Origin: Candidatus Woesearchaeota archaeon
Lineage (GTDB): Archaea > Nanobdellota > Nanobdellia > Woesearchaeales > GW2011-AR9
Length of the DNA stretch: 64,000 nt
Assembly (NCBI GenBank): GCA_945861715.1
Contig: CAMAVK010000003.1
Location: forward strand, 3,344 to 67,343
Reading direction: 5' to 3'
How positions within the stretch are numbered: the first letter of the stretch is position 1; every line of letters starts with the position of its first letter. Made by a program: the position numbers and the translations under genes. This document shows positions 17,558 through 27,926 of the stretch, piece after piece. Below the pieces are notes generated by a model. The model made no database searches. It saw nothing but the letters and a program-made list of their open reading frames with translations, and was not told the origin of the DNA.

Positions 17558-18088
17558 ATGAAAGCATTACTTATTATTGCAACCGACGGTTACCAAGACC
17601 AAGAATTAAAAGATACTAAAGCAGCTTTAGAATCACAAGGTGTTATCGTTACAGTAGCCGCCAAACAAAAAGGCATATGTAAAGGAAAATTAGGTGGAAC
17701 CGCCCAAGCCATGTTTGGCCTCAGTGAAATTTCTGTAGATAGATACGATGGATTCGTCTTTATTGGTGGACCAGGTGCAGCCATGTATATCAAAGATAGC
17801 GCAGCACTCAGAATAGCAAGAGACGCTCACTCCAAACGAAAAGTACTTGCTGCAATCTGTATCGCTCCAACCATTCTCGCCGCAGCCGGTGCTCTCAAAG
17901 ATCGCAAAGCAACCGTATGGAATGAAGACGGCTCCCAATCAGCAATTCTCGCAAAAGCCGGAGCAAAATATACTGGAGAGGCCCTCACCGTTGATGGGCT
18001 ATGCATTACGGCAAACGGTCCAGCAGCATCCACCGCGTTTGGATTAAAAATAGCCGAGCTACTTAAAAAAAGACCATTTAGTGGATAA
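17558..18088 (+). CDS. DJ-1/PfpI-family protein
   Basis: 176 aa with nucleophile-elbow AICIAP and GFVFIGGPG; typical PfpI/DJ-1 length. Confidence 0.8.
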   Translation: MKALLIIATDGYQDQELKDTKAALESQGVIVTVAAKQKGICKGKLGGTAQAMFGLSEISVDRYDGFVFIGGPGAAMYIKDSAALRIARDAHSKRKVLAAICIAPTILAAAGALKDRKATVWNEDGSQSAILAKAGAKYTGEALTVDGLCITANGPAASTAFGLKIAELLKKRPFSG

Positions 18089-18213
18089 ATCAATCTTATA
18101 TTTTCTTAATTTATTTCCTTCTCATGCTACCTTAAATCCATTTCATGATTTCTTTAAAAAAAATAACAGTTTTAAACAAATATTCTTATATATAATCCCT
18201 CCAAAATAACGTA

Positions 18214-19047
18214 ATGTCTCAAAATTCAGATCTAGATACTGCTATATTTCTTGCTCGTGGAGCGTCTGCCATCCTTATGGGGCACTACAAACCTAATATT
18301 GCAACCGAACGTAAAGCTGATAATAGTATCGTCACTGCTGCAGATAAGGAAGCGAACCGCTATATTGTCAGTCAGCTTCATAGACGATATCCATTGGACT
18401 CAATTGTCAGCGAAGAAGATGGGGGACGCCATATTATTGGTTCCTCAGATAGCACATGGTTTGTGGACCCATGTGATGGGACAAGTAGATTCACACAACA
18501 TAACGATGAATTTGCAGTCCATATTGGTAAAACCATCCTAGGTCAACCCACTTTGGGTGTAGTGCATAAACCAGTCGGTGGAAAAACCTATTATGGCTCA
18601 GCAGAAAAAGGAGCATTTGTTATCTATGGTAAAGACACATATCCAATAAGTGTCATCGGGAAAAAACAGAATGTCATGTCATGTCACTCCAAATTAACTT
18701 TAAGTATAAAAGGTCAAGAACTACTTGAGCGACTCAAAATCGAAGATGTCGAAATAACTGGAAGTGAAGGATTACGAATTATGCGATTTGCAACAGGTCA
18801 AGCATCTCTCTATTTGGGTAATATCACCAGACGAGCATCTACATGGGATCTATGCGCACCACACGCCATTGCCATCGCGGCTGGCGGGATCGTAGAATAT
18901 GTAGACGGTACACCAATCATCTACAGCAACACAAACAAACTTAATGGCATGTATTGCATGGCAACAAACCTCGTAGATTTAACTAAAATTCAAACCGAAA
19001 TAGAACGAGTTAATACATTATACCCACAGGAGACTTGGGTTAAATAA
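18214..19047 (+). CDS. inositol monophosphatase / CysQ / FBPase-family phosphatase
   Basis: VSEEDGG and WFVDPCDGTSRF (WxxDPxDGT) metal-binding motifs. Confidence 0.75.
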   Translation: MSQNSDLDTAIFLARGASAILMGHYKPNIATERKADNSIVTAADKEANRYIVSQLHRRYPLDSIVSEEDGGRHIIGSSDSTWFVDPCDGTSRFTQHNDEFAVHIGKTILGQPTLGVVHKPVGGKTYYGSAEKGAFVIYGKDTYPISVIGKKQNVMSCHSKLTLSIKGQELLERLKIEDVEITGSEGLRIMRFATGQASLYLGNITRRASTWDLCAPHAIAIAAGGIVEYVDGTPIIYSNTNKLNGMYCMATNLVDLTKIQTEIERVNTLYPQETWVK

Positions 19048-19121
19048 AAATCTATCTAACATTTTTTCCTTCCATCTTTTTCTCCACGCTGTGGATGTTT
19101 TCTATATCTCTCAAATCACAT

Positions 19122-22100
19122 TCAAGGTGTATACATAATAGCATACAAGAAGATAAGCACAGCGATAACAAACACCAGTACATACAATAAATTTTGTTGT
19201 GTCTTGGCTCGTGATGACGCCACGTGTGTATCATCCGTCAAGTTCAATGATGATAGAGTAGTAGGTGAAGTAGCATTATCTCCTACTATGGGAGCAGCAA
19301 GAACTGGTGCAGGCATTTCTTGTTGAATAGCAACTGGTGTAGAAGTAGCACAAGGAGCGCACGAACCACCACAATCAGATCCAACCTCATCACCGTTTAA
19401 CACTGTATCTGAACACGTCTGCACTGCAACTAAAAGCGTTGTCAAGTTCTCATTTTTAAAAGTATCAGCAACAGCAAAAGAAAATTCATGATTTCCTGCC
19501 GTCATGCGCGGAAGGGTGGCGCTACAAGTCCACAACCCCACGGTTTTCTCGCAAGTAGACGCAAATGCAGTATTATCCACTCGAACCTCTTCTGCTGCAA
19601 TATCGCTACTGTCGGTTATTTCAAATTCTATTTGTGTATCACGAGCAGTATGCAGCGGATTCGCAATACCAGAAAGCAGCACAACCGGAGCACGTATATC
19701 TCTCACCTGAATGGTCCGTGACACATTGCCTGCTACTCCGCTTCCATTAATAACCATAATCAATGTGTAATTTCCAACGGCTGTATATATCTTCTCAGCG
19801 TGCATAATAGATGTATTACTCGTGTTCTCAACTGACGAATTATCTCCCCAATCAATTACATAGGAATAGATCGAAGACGTATTGACAATAGCATCAACCC
19901 CAACAACTTCACCAATTCCAAACGTTGCATTCTCAATTGGATTAATCATCGAAATCATTGACTCTGCCTGATCAACAGTATAACTCCCAATAGTGACATT
20001 CGTATTCCTTGATTTGTCTTGGGCATAAACGGTAAAATTATGTGTTCCTGGCACAGAATAAAAAGAGAATACATATTGATGCGGTCCTATTAAACTCATA
20101 GAAAAGTTTACGGGTCCAGAAATTGTGCTCAGCTTCTCAACCACAACTGAGTCCAAGTAGAGGTCACTCGCATTAACATGAATCGACACGTTACTTGAAT
20201 TCACCACCATAGAAACCACCATGAGCTGCGGAGCAGTGCTATCAATCACTATTTTTCTATGTTCCAACTTCATCAATTCAGAATCTTCCAAGGAATTCAA
20301 CATTGAGTAATTTCCTTCCATAAAACCTCGTACAGAAACTATCGATGAAAATGTAATATTTTGTGTATCATTCCCCAACATAGAATAGAGTCGGCTAACA
20401 TTACCCCCCACAACGACACTTCCATTCGCAACAGAACCATTCACCAAAGATAAATTATGCCGTGACCCATTAACCAGCGGTCCAATTAAACTAATATTGA
20501 CCCTGGTTTGGTTATGCATCGAAGCCATTCCAGAAAGATTAATCTCGGAACGAACAAATGTATTATTCACCGGAGTTACCACGGTTAGACCAAGCGAGGC
20601 CGACTCTGAAACAATCGAATAATTCTTACTCGCAAAAAGATTCCCCGCTACATCGCGATATTGGACACTGTACCAAAAAATTCCTTGACTTTCAAGAGGT
20701 ATAGAAAATTTTATCGCCGTATTGTTACCAGATGATGTATTGAATATACTGCTCACATTAGCTCCAGCCAACACAACGCTAACGTTCATTATTGGTTCAG
20801 ATGAGTTCACATTAATTGAAACATTCTCACCGGTAATACCAATGGACATATTTGTCACTACTACTATTGGAACAGTTGCGCTATACGCATCTAATAATGT
20901 ATAATTTTTGAGTGATGCTGTATCATACATCTTAAGCGGTGTACCGGCCAGTCGAGATTCTATTTCCTGCGGCGTCAATATCCGACCATACACGCCTCGA
21001 GAATATTGCTGCATAAGAGCAATAGTACCCGCTGCATGTGGTGTAGCCATTGATGTACCCGACCACGTAGCCCAAGAATTACCAGGCACAGAAGAACGAA
21101 CATTCACACCCGGCGCAATAATTTGCAGCACACCACCTCTATTAAAAACAATCCCTGAGGACATCGTCTCCCCACCAATAGGGATAGCGTTTTGTATACA
21201 ACTCGGGTTTGATATTCCATCAGACCAACCACTGTTACCAGACGCAATCACAACAGAAATATTCTTGGCTGTTGAGCGGTTAATCACATCTGAGAGTAAG
21301 TCATTATCACAATACCCTCCATAATGTGGACATCCTGCTCCATCACATCCAAGACTCATCGAAATAACTGAAATATTAAGTGCAGCTGCATTTTGATTAC
21401 ACCACTCTAATGCTGATAACACATCACTTGAGTATCCACTTCCCGTAGCACTCAGTGCTTTAAGTGCAACAATATGAGCGCCCGGTGCTACACCGCGATA
21501 CGTATCGTTTTGACTTGCAATAATTCCTGCAACATGTGTACCATGTCCATGATCATCCATTGGGTCAGAGTCACCATTATATGTATCATAACCCCCAACT
21601 ACAACCGGACAATTTTCCCAATGCATCGTTGAGTTTGTTGTGCCATTAATCACAGAATCAACAACAAAACCAAACGAATTCAAACTACTATCACTAGTCA
21701 AGCGGACATACAACGTATCCCCTAATGCATGTTCTGTCCAAACATCACGCAATTCACCCTTGTATACCCCAATAGTATTATTATTCGAGTCATAAACATA
21801 CACTCTATCTGTTGTATCCCCGCTTGTTTGCGACTCTAAACTAATATTTCTAAAATGAAGCGCGATAGAAGAATACCCTTCTTTTTGAATTTTCCAAGTG
21901 TAATCAAACGAATTCGCATACGGATGTACTGATTCAACAAGAGATATGTTTTCAATCAATCCACTTGTATTATAAGATACTATGTCACAATCACCAAGCG
22001 CACGGTGAGAGTAATCTACTCCGGTATCAATAACACACACACTATTGCCAAAGCCAGTAATGTTCCTATTCTCAGATCCATTACCAAATAACAACGGGGA

Positions 22101-22718
22101 ACTCAAATTCCATACTTTATTTGCTTTCATCAGTGGTACACTATCATCCAGAGATAATTGCACAGGATAATCCAATAAAATCCTTGTGACTTTCTTATTA
22201 TTTGCAAGTGCCAATAGTGCTTCAGGACTCTGCACCTCCATTGATAGCGCGCTCACCGTATCAAACGCATGGGTCACACGAATATCATTAATTTCCCCAG
22301 CAGTCCCCCTTTCACCAACCGCAGAGTTATCAGCTGCAACAACAATAGACGTTTGTGCATCTCCATCAACTCCAACATCCAAAGAACTATCCAAATTAGT
22401 TATAACACTTTGTTCAGTTGCACCAATAGTCATCCCGGAAGAATCTAATACCACAATCACTCGAGGACTCATATCTCCTGCTTGAATTGCCTGCACCAAA
22501 GAAGAATCTAATTTTTCAGTACTCACTTTAATCCCAGAATCAAGTACTACAAACCCCGTAAGTGAAGATGAAGAGGATGATTGCCAAGGCGCATCGCCAA
22601 TAAAAGCATAGAGAAATACGACTGCAATCAATACAAACAGTCCACCCGCCACCAATTTTCGTTTCATTCTGGATTCAATCTCCTTCTCAAGAGCACTATC
22701 ATCAATTAACACTAGCAT
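19122..22718 (-). CDS. membrane-anchored subtilisin-like serine protease (peptidase S8), 1198 aa
   Basis: Catalytic triad motifs VIDTGVDYSHRALG, HGTHVAGIIAS and GTSMATPHAAGTIALM. N-terminal signal/TM; C-terminal Cys-rich module CSDTVLNGDEVGSDCGGSCAPC followed by a TM anchor. Probable true start is MKRKLVAGG. Confidence 0.85.
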   Translation of the reverse strand: MLVLIDDSALEKEIESRMKRKLVAGGLFVLIAVVFLYAFIGDAPWQSSSSSSLTGFVVLDSGIKVSTEKLDSSLVQAIQAGDMSPRVIVVLDSSGMTIGATEQSVITNLDSSLDVGVDGDAQTSIVVAADNSAVGERGTAGEINDIRVTHAFDTVSALSMEVQSPEALLALANNKKVTRILLDYPVQLSLDDSVPLMKANKVWNLSSPLLFGNGSENRNITGFGNSVCVIDTGVDYSHRALGDCDIVSYNTSGLIENISLVESVHPYANSFDYTWKIQKEGYSSIALHFRNISLESQTSGDTTDRVYVYDSNNNTIGVYKGELRDVWTEHALGDTLYVRLTSDSSLNSFGFVVDSVINGTTNSTMHWENCPVVVGGYDTYNGDSDPMDDHGHGTHVAGIIASQNDTYRGVAPGAHIVALKALSATGSGYSSDVLSALEWCNQNAAALNISVISMSLGCDGAGCPHYGGYCDNDLLSDVINRSTAKNISVVIASGNSGWSDGISNPSCIQNAIPIGGETMSSGIVFNRGGVLQIIAPGVNVRSSVPGNSWATWSGTSMATPHAAGTIALMQQYSRGVYGRILTPQEIESRLAGTPLKMYDTASLKNYTLLDAYSATVPIVVVTNMSIGITGENVSINVNSSEPIMNVSVVLAGANVSSIFNTSSGNNTAIKFSIPLESQGIFWYSVQYRDVAGNLFASKNYSIVSESASLGLTVVTPVNNTFVRSEINLSGMASMHNQTRVNISLIGPLVNGSRHNLSLVNGSVANGSVVVGGNVSRLYSMLGNDTQNITFSSIVSVRGFMEGNYSMLNSLEDSELMKLEHRKIVIDSTAPQLMVVSMVVNSSNVSIHVNASDLYLDSVVVEKLSTISGPVNFSMSLIGPHQYVFSFYSVPGTHNFTVYAQDKSRNTNVTIGSYTVDQAESMISMINPIENATFGIGEVVGVDAIVNTSSIYSYVIDWGDNSSVENTSNTSIMHAEKIYTAVGNYTLIMVINGSGVAGNVSRTIQVRDIRAPVVLLSGIANPLHTARDTQIEFEITDSSDIAAEEVRVDNTAFASTCEKTVGLWTCSATLPRMTAGNHEFSFAVADTFKNENLTTLLVAVQTCSDTVLNGDEVGSDCGGSCAPCATSTPVAIQQEMPAPVLAAPIVGDNATSPTTLSSLNLTDDTHVASSRAKTQQNLLYVLVFVIAVLIFLYAIMYTP

Positions 22719-22770
22719 AACAAATCAGCAAACGCATGATGAATCATTTTAATCAAGCAAAGGTACCTTC

Positions 22771-25700
22771 TCATTTTTTCCTTATTAAACTTTCCTTGGA
22801 CCTTCGCAATCGTCCCCGAACAAATAACCCACCAGCAAATCCAATAATAATTCCTGTCGTAATGAGCACCCACATATTCACGCGACCAAATTTGACAATT
22901 CCATCCCATGCAGCGTATCCAAGTAGTCCCTTAGTTTGCGTCGCGGATTCTATTGGTTCAACCCCGCCTCTTTCTTGGCTTAATACCGAATTTCCACTAG
23001 TTTGTGTTTGAACTGCATCTCCCGTATTTTGTTTTTCAACAATTGGGCTTGACACAACTGCGGCTCCGGTAATTTGTGCAGGTTCCACCGCAGGTTTTTG
23101 TGGAGCAGCAGGTAAAAGTTGATCCTCAATGGTTGCTAAAGCAGTAATCTCAACTGGAGCAACAACTTTCTTAGATGATCCTCCCCCACCACCTCCTCCG
23201 CCTCCTCCCCCTCCTCCTGAGCTCGATGACGACGAAGAACCACCACTAGAACATACGGTAGAACAAGACCCACTACAATCCACTCCGCCCTCATCTCCAT
23301 TTTGCGTAGAGTCAGAGCACGATTGTCCATTAATCGAGATTCCTTTAACCAATACATTTCCAACGCTAGAATTATCCAGCGATGTAATACTTACATTTGA
23401 TGTTCCAAGCACAATGCCAGAAATATTATATGAACAATTCCACGCTGTCGTATTAGCAGTAGTACAGCTCCCGCTTCCGTTAAGTGAGTTGTAACTTACA
23501 TTAACTTCTCGAATTCCACGTAAATCGCTCACAGTGAAGTTCAACAATATAGTGGCATCACGTTGTATGTGAACAGATGAGTTATAACTCAAAGAGCTGA
23601 CATTTGGTGGAATCGAATCAGTATAATTCAATCGCGCTTCCGAACTCGTATTTCCAGCATTTTGAATTGCTAAAAAAGTAACATTATACATCCCTTCAGA
23701 ACCAGGCAAATAGTTTCCATTGGACCCATTTATCACATTTGTTCCATTCACAAACCATCGCAGATTCGATGTAGTAATAGTCGGATTCGGAATCAAAGCA
23801 TTAAATAATACCGAGTCACCAAATTCATAGTGGCTAGAATTAATCGGTGACGTAATACGAGTCTCATTACCTAAGTCCACCGTAATGTTATACGCCAAAT
23901 CTGTACCATCACTCGCAAGAGTACTCGTTTGCATTAACAGCCAAACCAAAGAAAAACCAGGATTATAAGAAAATGATTCTGAGGAAGATACTGCTCCATC
24001 CTGTCGAGCAAGCTCCCCTCCCGTTGAATTATACAATAAAATATCCAAATCATTTCCAGAATTTAACCAACTCACATTAATAGACATATTTTGATTTGAC
24101 AAATTAAATGGATACCAAATTTTATCGCCACATTGTGTTCCAGAGCATGATGAAATTCTCTTCCTATCTACGGTACTATTCCAAGATGTATCCTCAACAA
24201 CCATGCGTGAGATAACAATTGGGAAATGATATTGCCCTGAGACATTAGATGTAATATTTAAAATCCCCCCATACACCCCTGGAGTTATGGAAGAATTAAG
24301 TGTAACACTTAACGGTACAGTTAGTGTACTAAACGCATCCAACGCAACCGATGAGTTTATACTTGTTACATTACCTAACATTGTTCTATCCCCTTCAGCA
24401 TCAACAAGGTTTCCCATCGATATATTCAACAACACGGACTGATTTAACCTATTTTTGAGAATCAATGATCCTCCAACTGCAACTGACGAATAAATCAACT
24501 CAAAACGATCATTACCTTCAGCAGTTGAAATACGAAGTGAATCAGCAAGCGCGGCACTGACATTAATAATTCCTGTTCCCTGAGAAAACGCAGACACCCC
24601 ATTCATCATCCATGCAGTATGCATAAGCAATCCTCGCACCTCAGTTGATGTAAGCGTACTATTTTTTCCAAGAAGTAATGCAGCAGCCCCAGAAACATGG
24701 GGGGTTGACATTGAAGTACCGCTCAATAATGCCGTTACATTATTCAAATAAGTGGAATTGATATTAACTCCTGGAGCAACCACTTCAGGGTCAAACCGTC
24801 CAAACGCACTAGGCCCAGAACAGCTCGAAGAATAAATAGTATCATCAGTAATAGAATCAGTACTTTGATCATTCGAGTTTCCTACTGTAATAACAGATGC
24901 AGCATCACCTGGCGTGCTCACACAACCCGAACTTGGTCCGTTGTTACCTGCTGCAACCACAACCACTCGATTAGCCGCAACCGCTTCAACACCAAGTGAT
25001 AATGCAGAAAGTCCATTATTTGGCGTTGCTTCTCCTCCAATAGAAATGGATACCACCTTAGCATCTGTACCGGTAACGTTGTTCAGTGCATTTAATATTG
25101 CGCTTGTCGGGCATGATCCTCCTGATGAGCAAACCTTATACGCAAGAAACTGAACATGAGGTGCAACTCCCACTACAGACCCATTTGCTCCAATAATACC
25201 TGCAACATGTGTACCATGACCATGATCATCCATCGGATTGGTATCTCCATTATAATAATCATGGCCACCACTTGTACGACAAGAGGAATTAATTGTTGCA
25301 CATCCACCAAGGGCAGGGTGACGATAATCAATACCTGTATCAAGCACTGCAACCAACACATCTTCACCTGTTGCATTGTAATCCGCTCGTGCAGCAACCG
25401 CACCTATGGTAACCGTGCTTGTAGAGAGCATAATCTGTGTATCTACAACCGGAACCAAATCCACCGGCGGTTGTTCTATAACAGCTACAACAGCACTTGC
25501 ATTAGCTAAAGACGTATTCAACCTCACCACAATAGGAGTAACTAATAACTCTTCATCCGAGATATGATAGATCTTATCCTCAAAAATACCAACCACATCA
25601 TTCCTCTGTTTCAACTCTTCTAACGCGTTCTGTGTGATTATAACTTTTACAGCCTGAAGAGAGTGATACGATTCTTCAATAATAGGATCATGCCGAGATG

Positions 25701-25956
25701 CAAGATTCAAAGAAACATCCTCAATAATTTCTAAAGAATTCCCCGTTGTAAAGACAATCGCTTCAACCCTACCTCCCTGTTCTAATTGTTCTAAAATTGC
25801 CCCATCAACGAAAACGGAGGAATGAGCAGGAATAGTCCCACCATCGTCTGTTGTACTTTTAACATTTGTCTCTACACTTTCAGAACCAAATGAAAGAACA
25901 CAAAAAGATAACAATACTCCTAACCATAAGAAAACAAAAATCTTCTCTTTTATCAT
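22771..25956 (-). CDS. membrane-anchored subtilisin-like serine protease (peptidase S8), 1061 aa, paralog of the adjacent gene
   Basis: VLDTGIDYRHPALGGC, HGTHVAGIIGANG, GTSMSTPHVSGAAALLL. C-terminal CSDSTQNGDEGGVDCSGSC plus a poly-Ser/poly-Gly tract (13 consecutive Gly) and a TM anchor. Confidence 0.85.
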   Translation of the reverse strand: MIKEKIFVFLWLGVLLSFCVLSFGSESVETNVKSTTDDGGTIPAHSSVFVDGAILEQLEQGGRVEAIVFTTGNSLEIIEDVSLNLASRHDPIIEESYHSLQAVKVIITQNALEELKQRNDVVGIFEDKIYHISDEELLVTPIVVRLNTSLANASAVVAVIEQPPVDLVPVVDTQIMLSTSTVTIGAVAARADYNATGEDVLVAVLDTGIDYRHPALGGCATINSSCRTSGGHDYYNGDTNPMDDHGHGTHVAGIIGANGSVVGVAPHVQFLAYKVCSSGGSCPTSAILNALNNVTGTDAKVVSISIGGEATPNNGLSALSLGVEAVAANRVVVVAAGNNGPSSGCVSTPGDAASVITVGNSNDQSTDSITDDTIYSSSCSGPSAFGRFDPEVVAPGVNINSTYLNNVTALLSGTSMSTPHVSGAAALLLGKNSTLTSTEVRGLLMHTAWMMNGVSAFSQGTGIINVSAALADSLRISTAEGNDRFELIYSSVAVGGSLILKNRLNQSVLLNISMGNLVDAEGDRTMLGNVTSINSSVALDAFSTLTVPLSVTLNSSITPGVYGGILNITSNVSGQYHFPIVISRMVVEDTSWNSTVDRKRISSCSGTQCGDKIWYPFNLSNQNMSINVSWLNSGNDLDILLYNSTGGELARQDGAVSSSESFSYNPGFSLVWLLMQTSTLASDGTDLAYNITVDLGNETRITSPINSSHYEFGDSVLFNALIPNPTITTSNLRWFVNGTNVINGSNGNYLPGSEGMYNVTFLAIQNAGNTSSEARLNYTDSIPPNVSSLSYNSSVHIQRDATILLNFTVSDLRGIREVNVSYNSLNGSGSCTTANTTAWNCSYNISGIVLGTSNVSITSLDNSSVGNVLVKGISINGQSCSDSTQNGDEGGVDCSGSCSTVCSSGGSSSSSSSGGGGGGGGGGGGGSSKKVVAPVEITALATIEDQLLPAAPQKPAVEPAQITGAAVVSSPIVEKQNTGDAVQTQTSGNSVLSQERGGVEPIESATQTKGLLGYAAWDGIVKFGRVNMWVLITTGIIIGFAGGLFVRGRLRRSKESLIRKK

Positions 25957-26176
25957 ATAGACCCTACACCCATTCCTTTAATAAATGTATGGGGATAGCG
26001 AGCCTAATTATGTCGCTTTGGGCAAATCCATCTCTAAATAACTCAGCCTAATAACTCCATTATCACCATCCCAACATACCGATAGCCTTTTATATGTTAA
26101 AATAATCATATCCTATTACTACGATTAAATGCAATCAAGAAATGATTGCATCGAATTCGATTAACGGAGGGATACA

Positions 26177-26392
26177 ATGATGTGTAAGCAATGTTTTGGA
26201 TTTAAAGGATTTTTAACTGGTGGACTACTTTTAGTTAATGCATTCTTGTGGCCATTATGGACCGGAATAGATGGTTGGTTTGCATGGATTGGAGTTATTA
26301 TGATCATTGGTGCAGCAATTCGCATGATTATGCCAGAATGTGATGGATGCAATCTAGGAAAATGCGCACCGGCAAAGAAATCAAAAAAGTAA
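26177..26392 (+). CDS. small Cys-containing membrane protein (71 aa)
   Basis: Two TM helices; CxxC near the N-terminus and CDGCNLGKC near the C-terminus. Confidence 0.3.
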   Translation: MMCKQCFGFKGFLTGGLLLVNAFLWPLWTGIDGWFAWIGVIMIIGAAIRMIMPECDGCNLGKCAPAKKSKK

Positions 26393-26604
26393 TTTTTTGC
26401 AATATTTTTTTAATTATTTTATTTTTCTTTGAATTCCATCTTTTAGTCACACATTTTTAATTATATTTTTTTAATCACATATTATAAATTTCTTATTATA
26501 CTGCAATCAATATTTTTCACACATAACACGAGCGAAATACGTAAACAACGATAATTCTCAAATCAAGGAGTACTTTTAAATAATAACACCATGGTCACAT
26601 ACAA

Positions 26605-27882
26605 ATGTATCACCCAACTTCCCCTGAAGAACTTATCATCTTTAACGAAAGTAGAACCAAAGTAGGTAGCGGCGGCATGGGAGATGTGTACAGAGTTCAA
26701 AGAAGTTCATCCGTTATCACCGAAAAATTCAAACATTTAGGAAAAATACGCCTTCTCTCTAAGTATCACATACCAGCTAACACAAATCACCCCTCCCTTA
26801 CTCCCTGTGACATCCAGTATCAATCCTTGCGAAAATTTGATATTAGACCATGCCACTCACCTAAACCCATTTCCCTCGAAATACCAATTCATCCCGGAAC
26901 AAAACAATTTTTCTCCAATCTTCAACGTTTTTGGTACGAAGTATATTGCATGAAAGAAATCACTCTCGCGCAACGCATGGAAGTGCCAGGTGCACAATAC
27001 TTCAATCCAATCCATGAGCATACCTATGGTTTTGATTGTAACGGTAATTTGTTTGGTATCATCCGCGCACCCCTCATACAAAATGAACACCATGAAGTGC
27101 AGTCGTGTGCATCCTTTGCAAGAAAGTTTCAACCACATCTCATGGCACATATTGCATTGCAAACTCTTACTGCATTAAATGTGACAAGAGATTTAGAAAT
27201 AATTTTACGAGATCTCAAACCAGAGCATATCCTCATTGACGGTGACCAAATTAAAATAATTGACTTAGGTTTAGCAAGAACCATGCGAGGAAAAGTTACA
27301 TTTGATTCACTTTTCATTCCAAGTTATCCAAACCCCAAAAAAAGTCCGGAACTAATTCATCATTCCAAATTAATTCTTCCAAAAGGTGTTCAAGATTTCA
27401 TGACTGACTTCCCAGATGAAATAACCCTCGGCGGAACAATTCATTACATGCCCATCTCCGCATTAAAAGGACATATTAATCAAGAGGTTGATACTTGGGC
27501 TTGGCTTGTGAGTATGTACGAAACAGCAAGCGGAGTGTATCCCTTTCCCAAAATAATTGAAATGTGTAACCAAGCAGGAGCCTCAATTGAAATGCAAATG
27601 CTAACCGCTTCCCTCGTTCTCTCAAAGATAGATCAAAATGAATTAGAAATTCAATTTAGGCAGGCAAACCCCCTTGTACCTGCTTCTTTTTATCATCCGT
27701 TGTGTGCCGCCTTAAAAAATCCGTCTCCAACAAATCTAACCACCTTCACCAACTTACTGCAGGATTTAGCAAATGAAAGAACCCCAGATGTAACCATTGC
27801 TCGAACAACGACATCATCAAGTTCCGATACCTCTACTATGTCCATCATTGATGTTACTAAACTGGTCAGATTGCACAATTAA
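26605..27882 (+). CDS. eukaryotic-like Ser/Thr protein kinase
   Basis: Gly-rich loop GSGGMGDVYRV; catalytic loop LRDLKPEHILI; DLG in place of DFG (IIDLGLAR). Confidence 0.65.
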   Translation: MYHPTSPEELIIFNESRTKVGSGGMGDVYRVQRSSSVITEKFKHLGKIRLLSKYHIPANTNHPSLTPCDIQYQSLRKFDIRPCHSPKPISLEIPIHPGTKQFFSNLQRFWYEVYCMKEITLAQRMEVPGAQYFNPIHEHTYGFDCNGNLFGIIRAPLIQNEHHEVQSCASFARKFQPHLMAHIALQTLTALNVTRDLEIILRDLKPEHILIDGDQIKIIDLGLARTMRGKVTFDSLFIPSYPNPKKSPELIHHSKLILPKGVQDFMTDFPDEITLGGTIHYMPISALKGHINQEVDTWAWLVSMYETASGVYPFPKIIEMCNQAGASIEMQMLTASLVLSKIDQNELEIQFRQANPLVPASFYHPLCAALKNPSPTNLTTFTNLLQDLANERTPDVTIARTTTSSSSDTSTMSIIDVTKLVRLHN

Positions 27883-27926
27883 AATCCTCATAGCAAACCC
27901 AATATCACATCAATAGTGTTTTATGT

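Noticed and set aside
23129-23494. ORF encoding a poly-proline (PPPPPPPPPPPPP) protein
   Set aside because: It is the antisense reading of the poly-Gly/Ser linker codons of the subtilase gene, so it is a mirror artefact.
26393-26604. A 210-nt extremely AT-rich spacer upstream of the Ser/Thr kinase as a replication origin
   Set aside because: It has no flanking ORB-like repeats and no orc1/cdc6. It is more likely an AT-rich promoter/UTR region.
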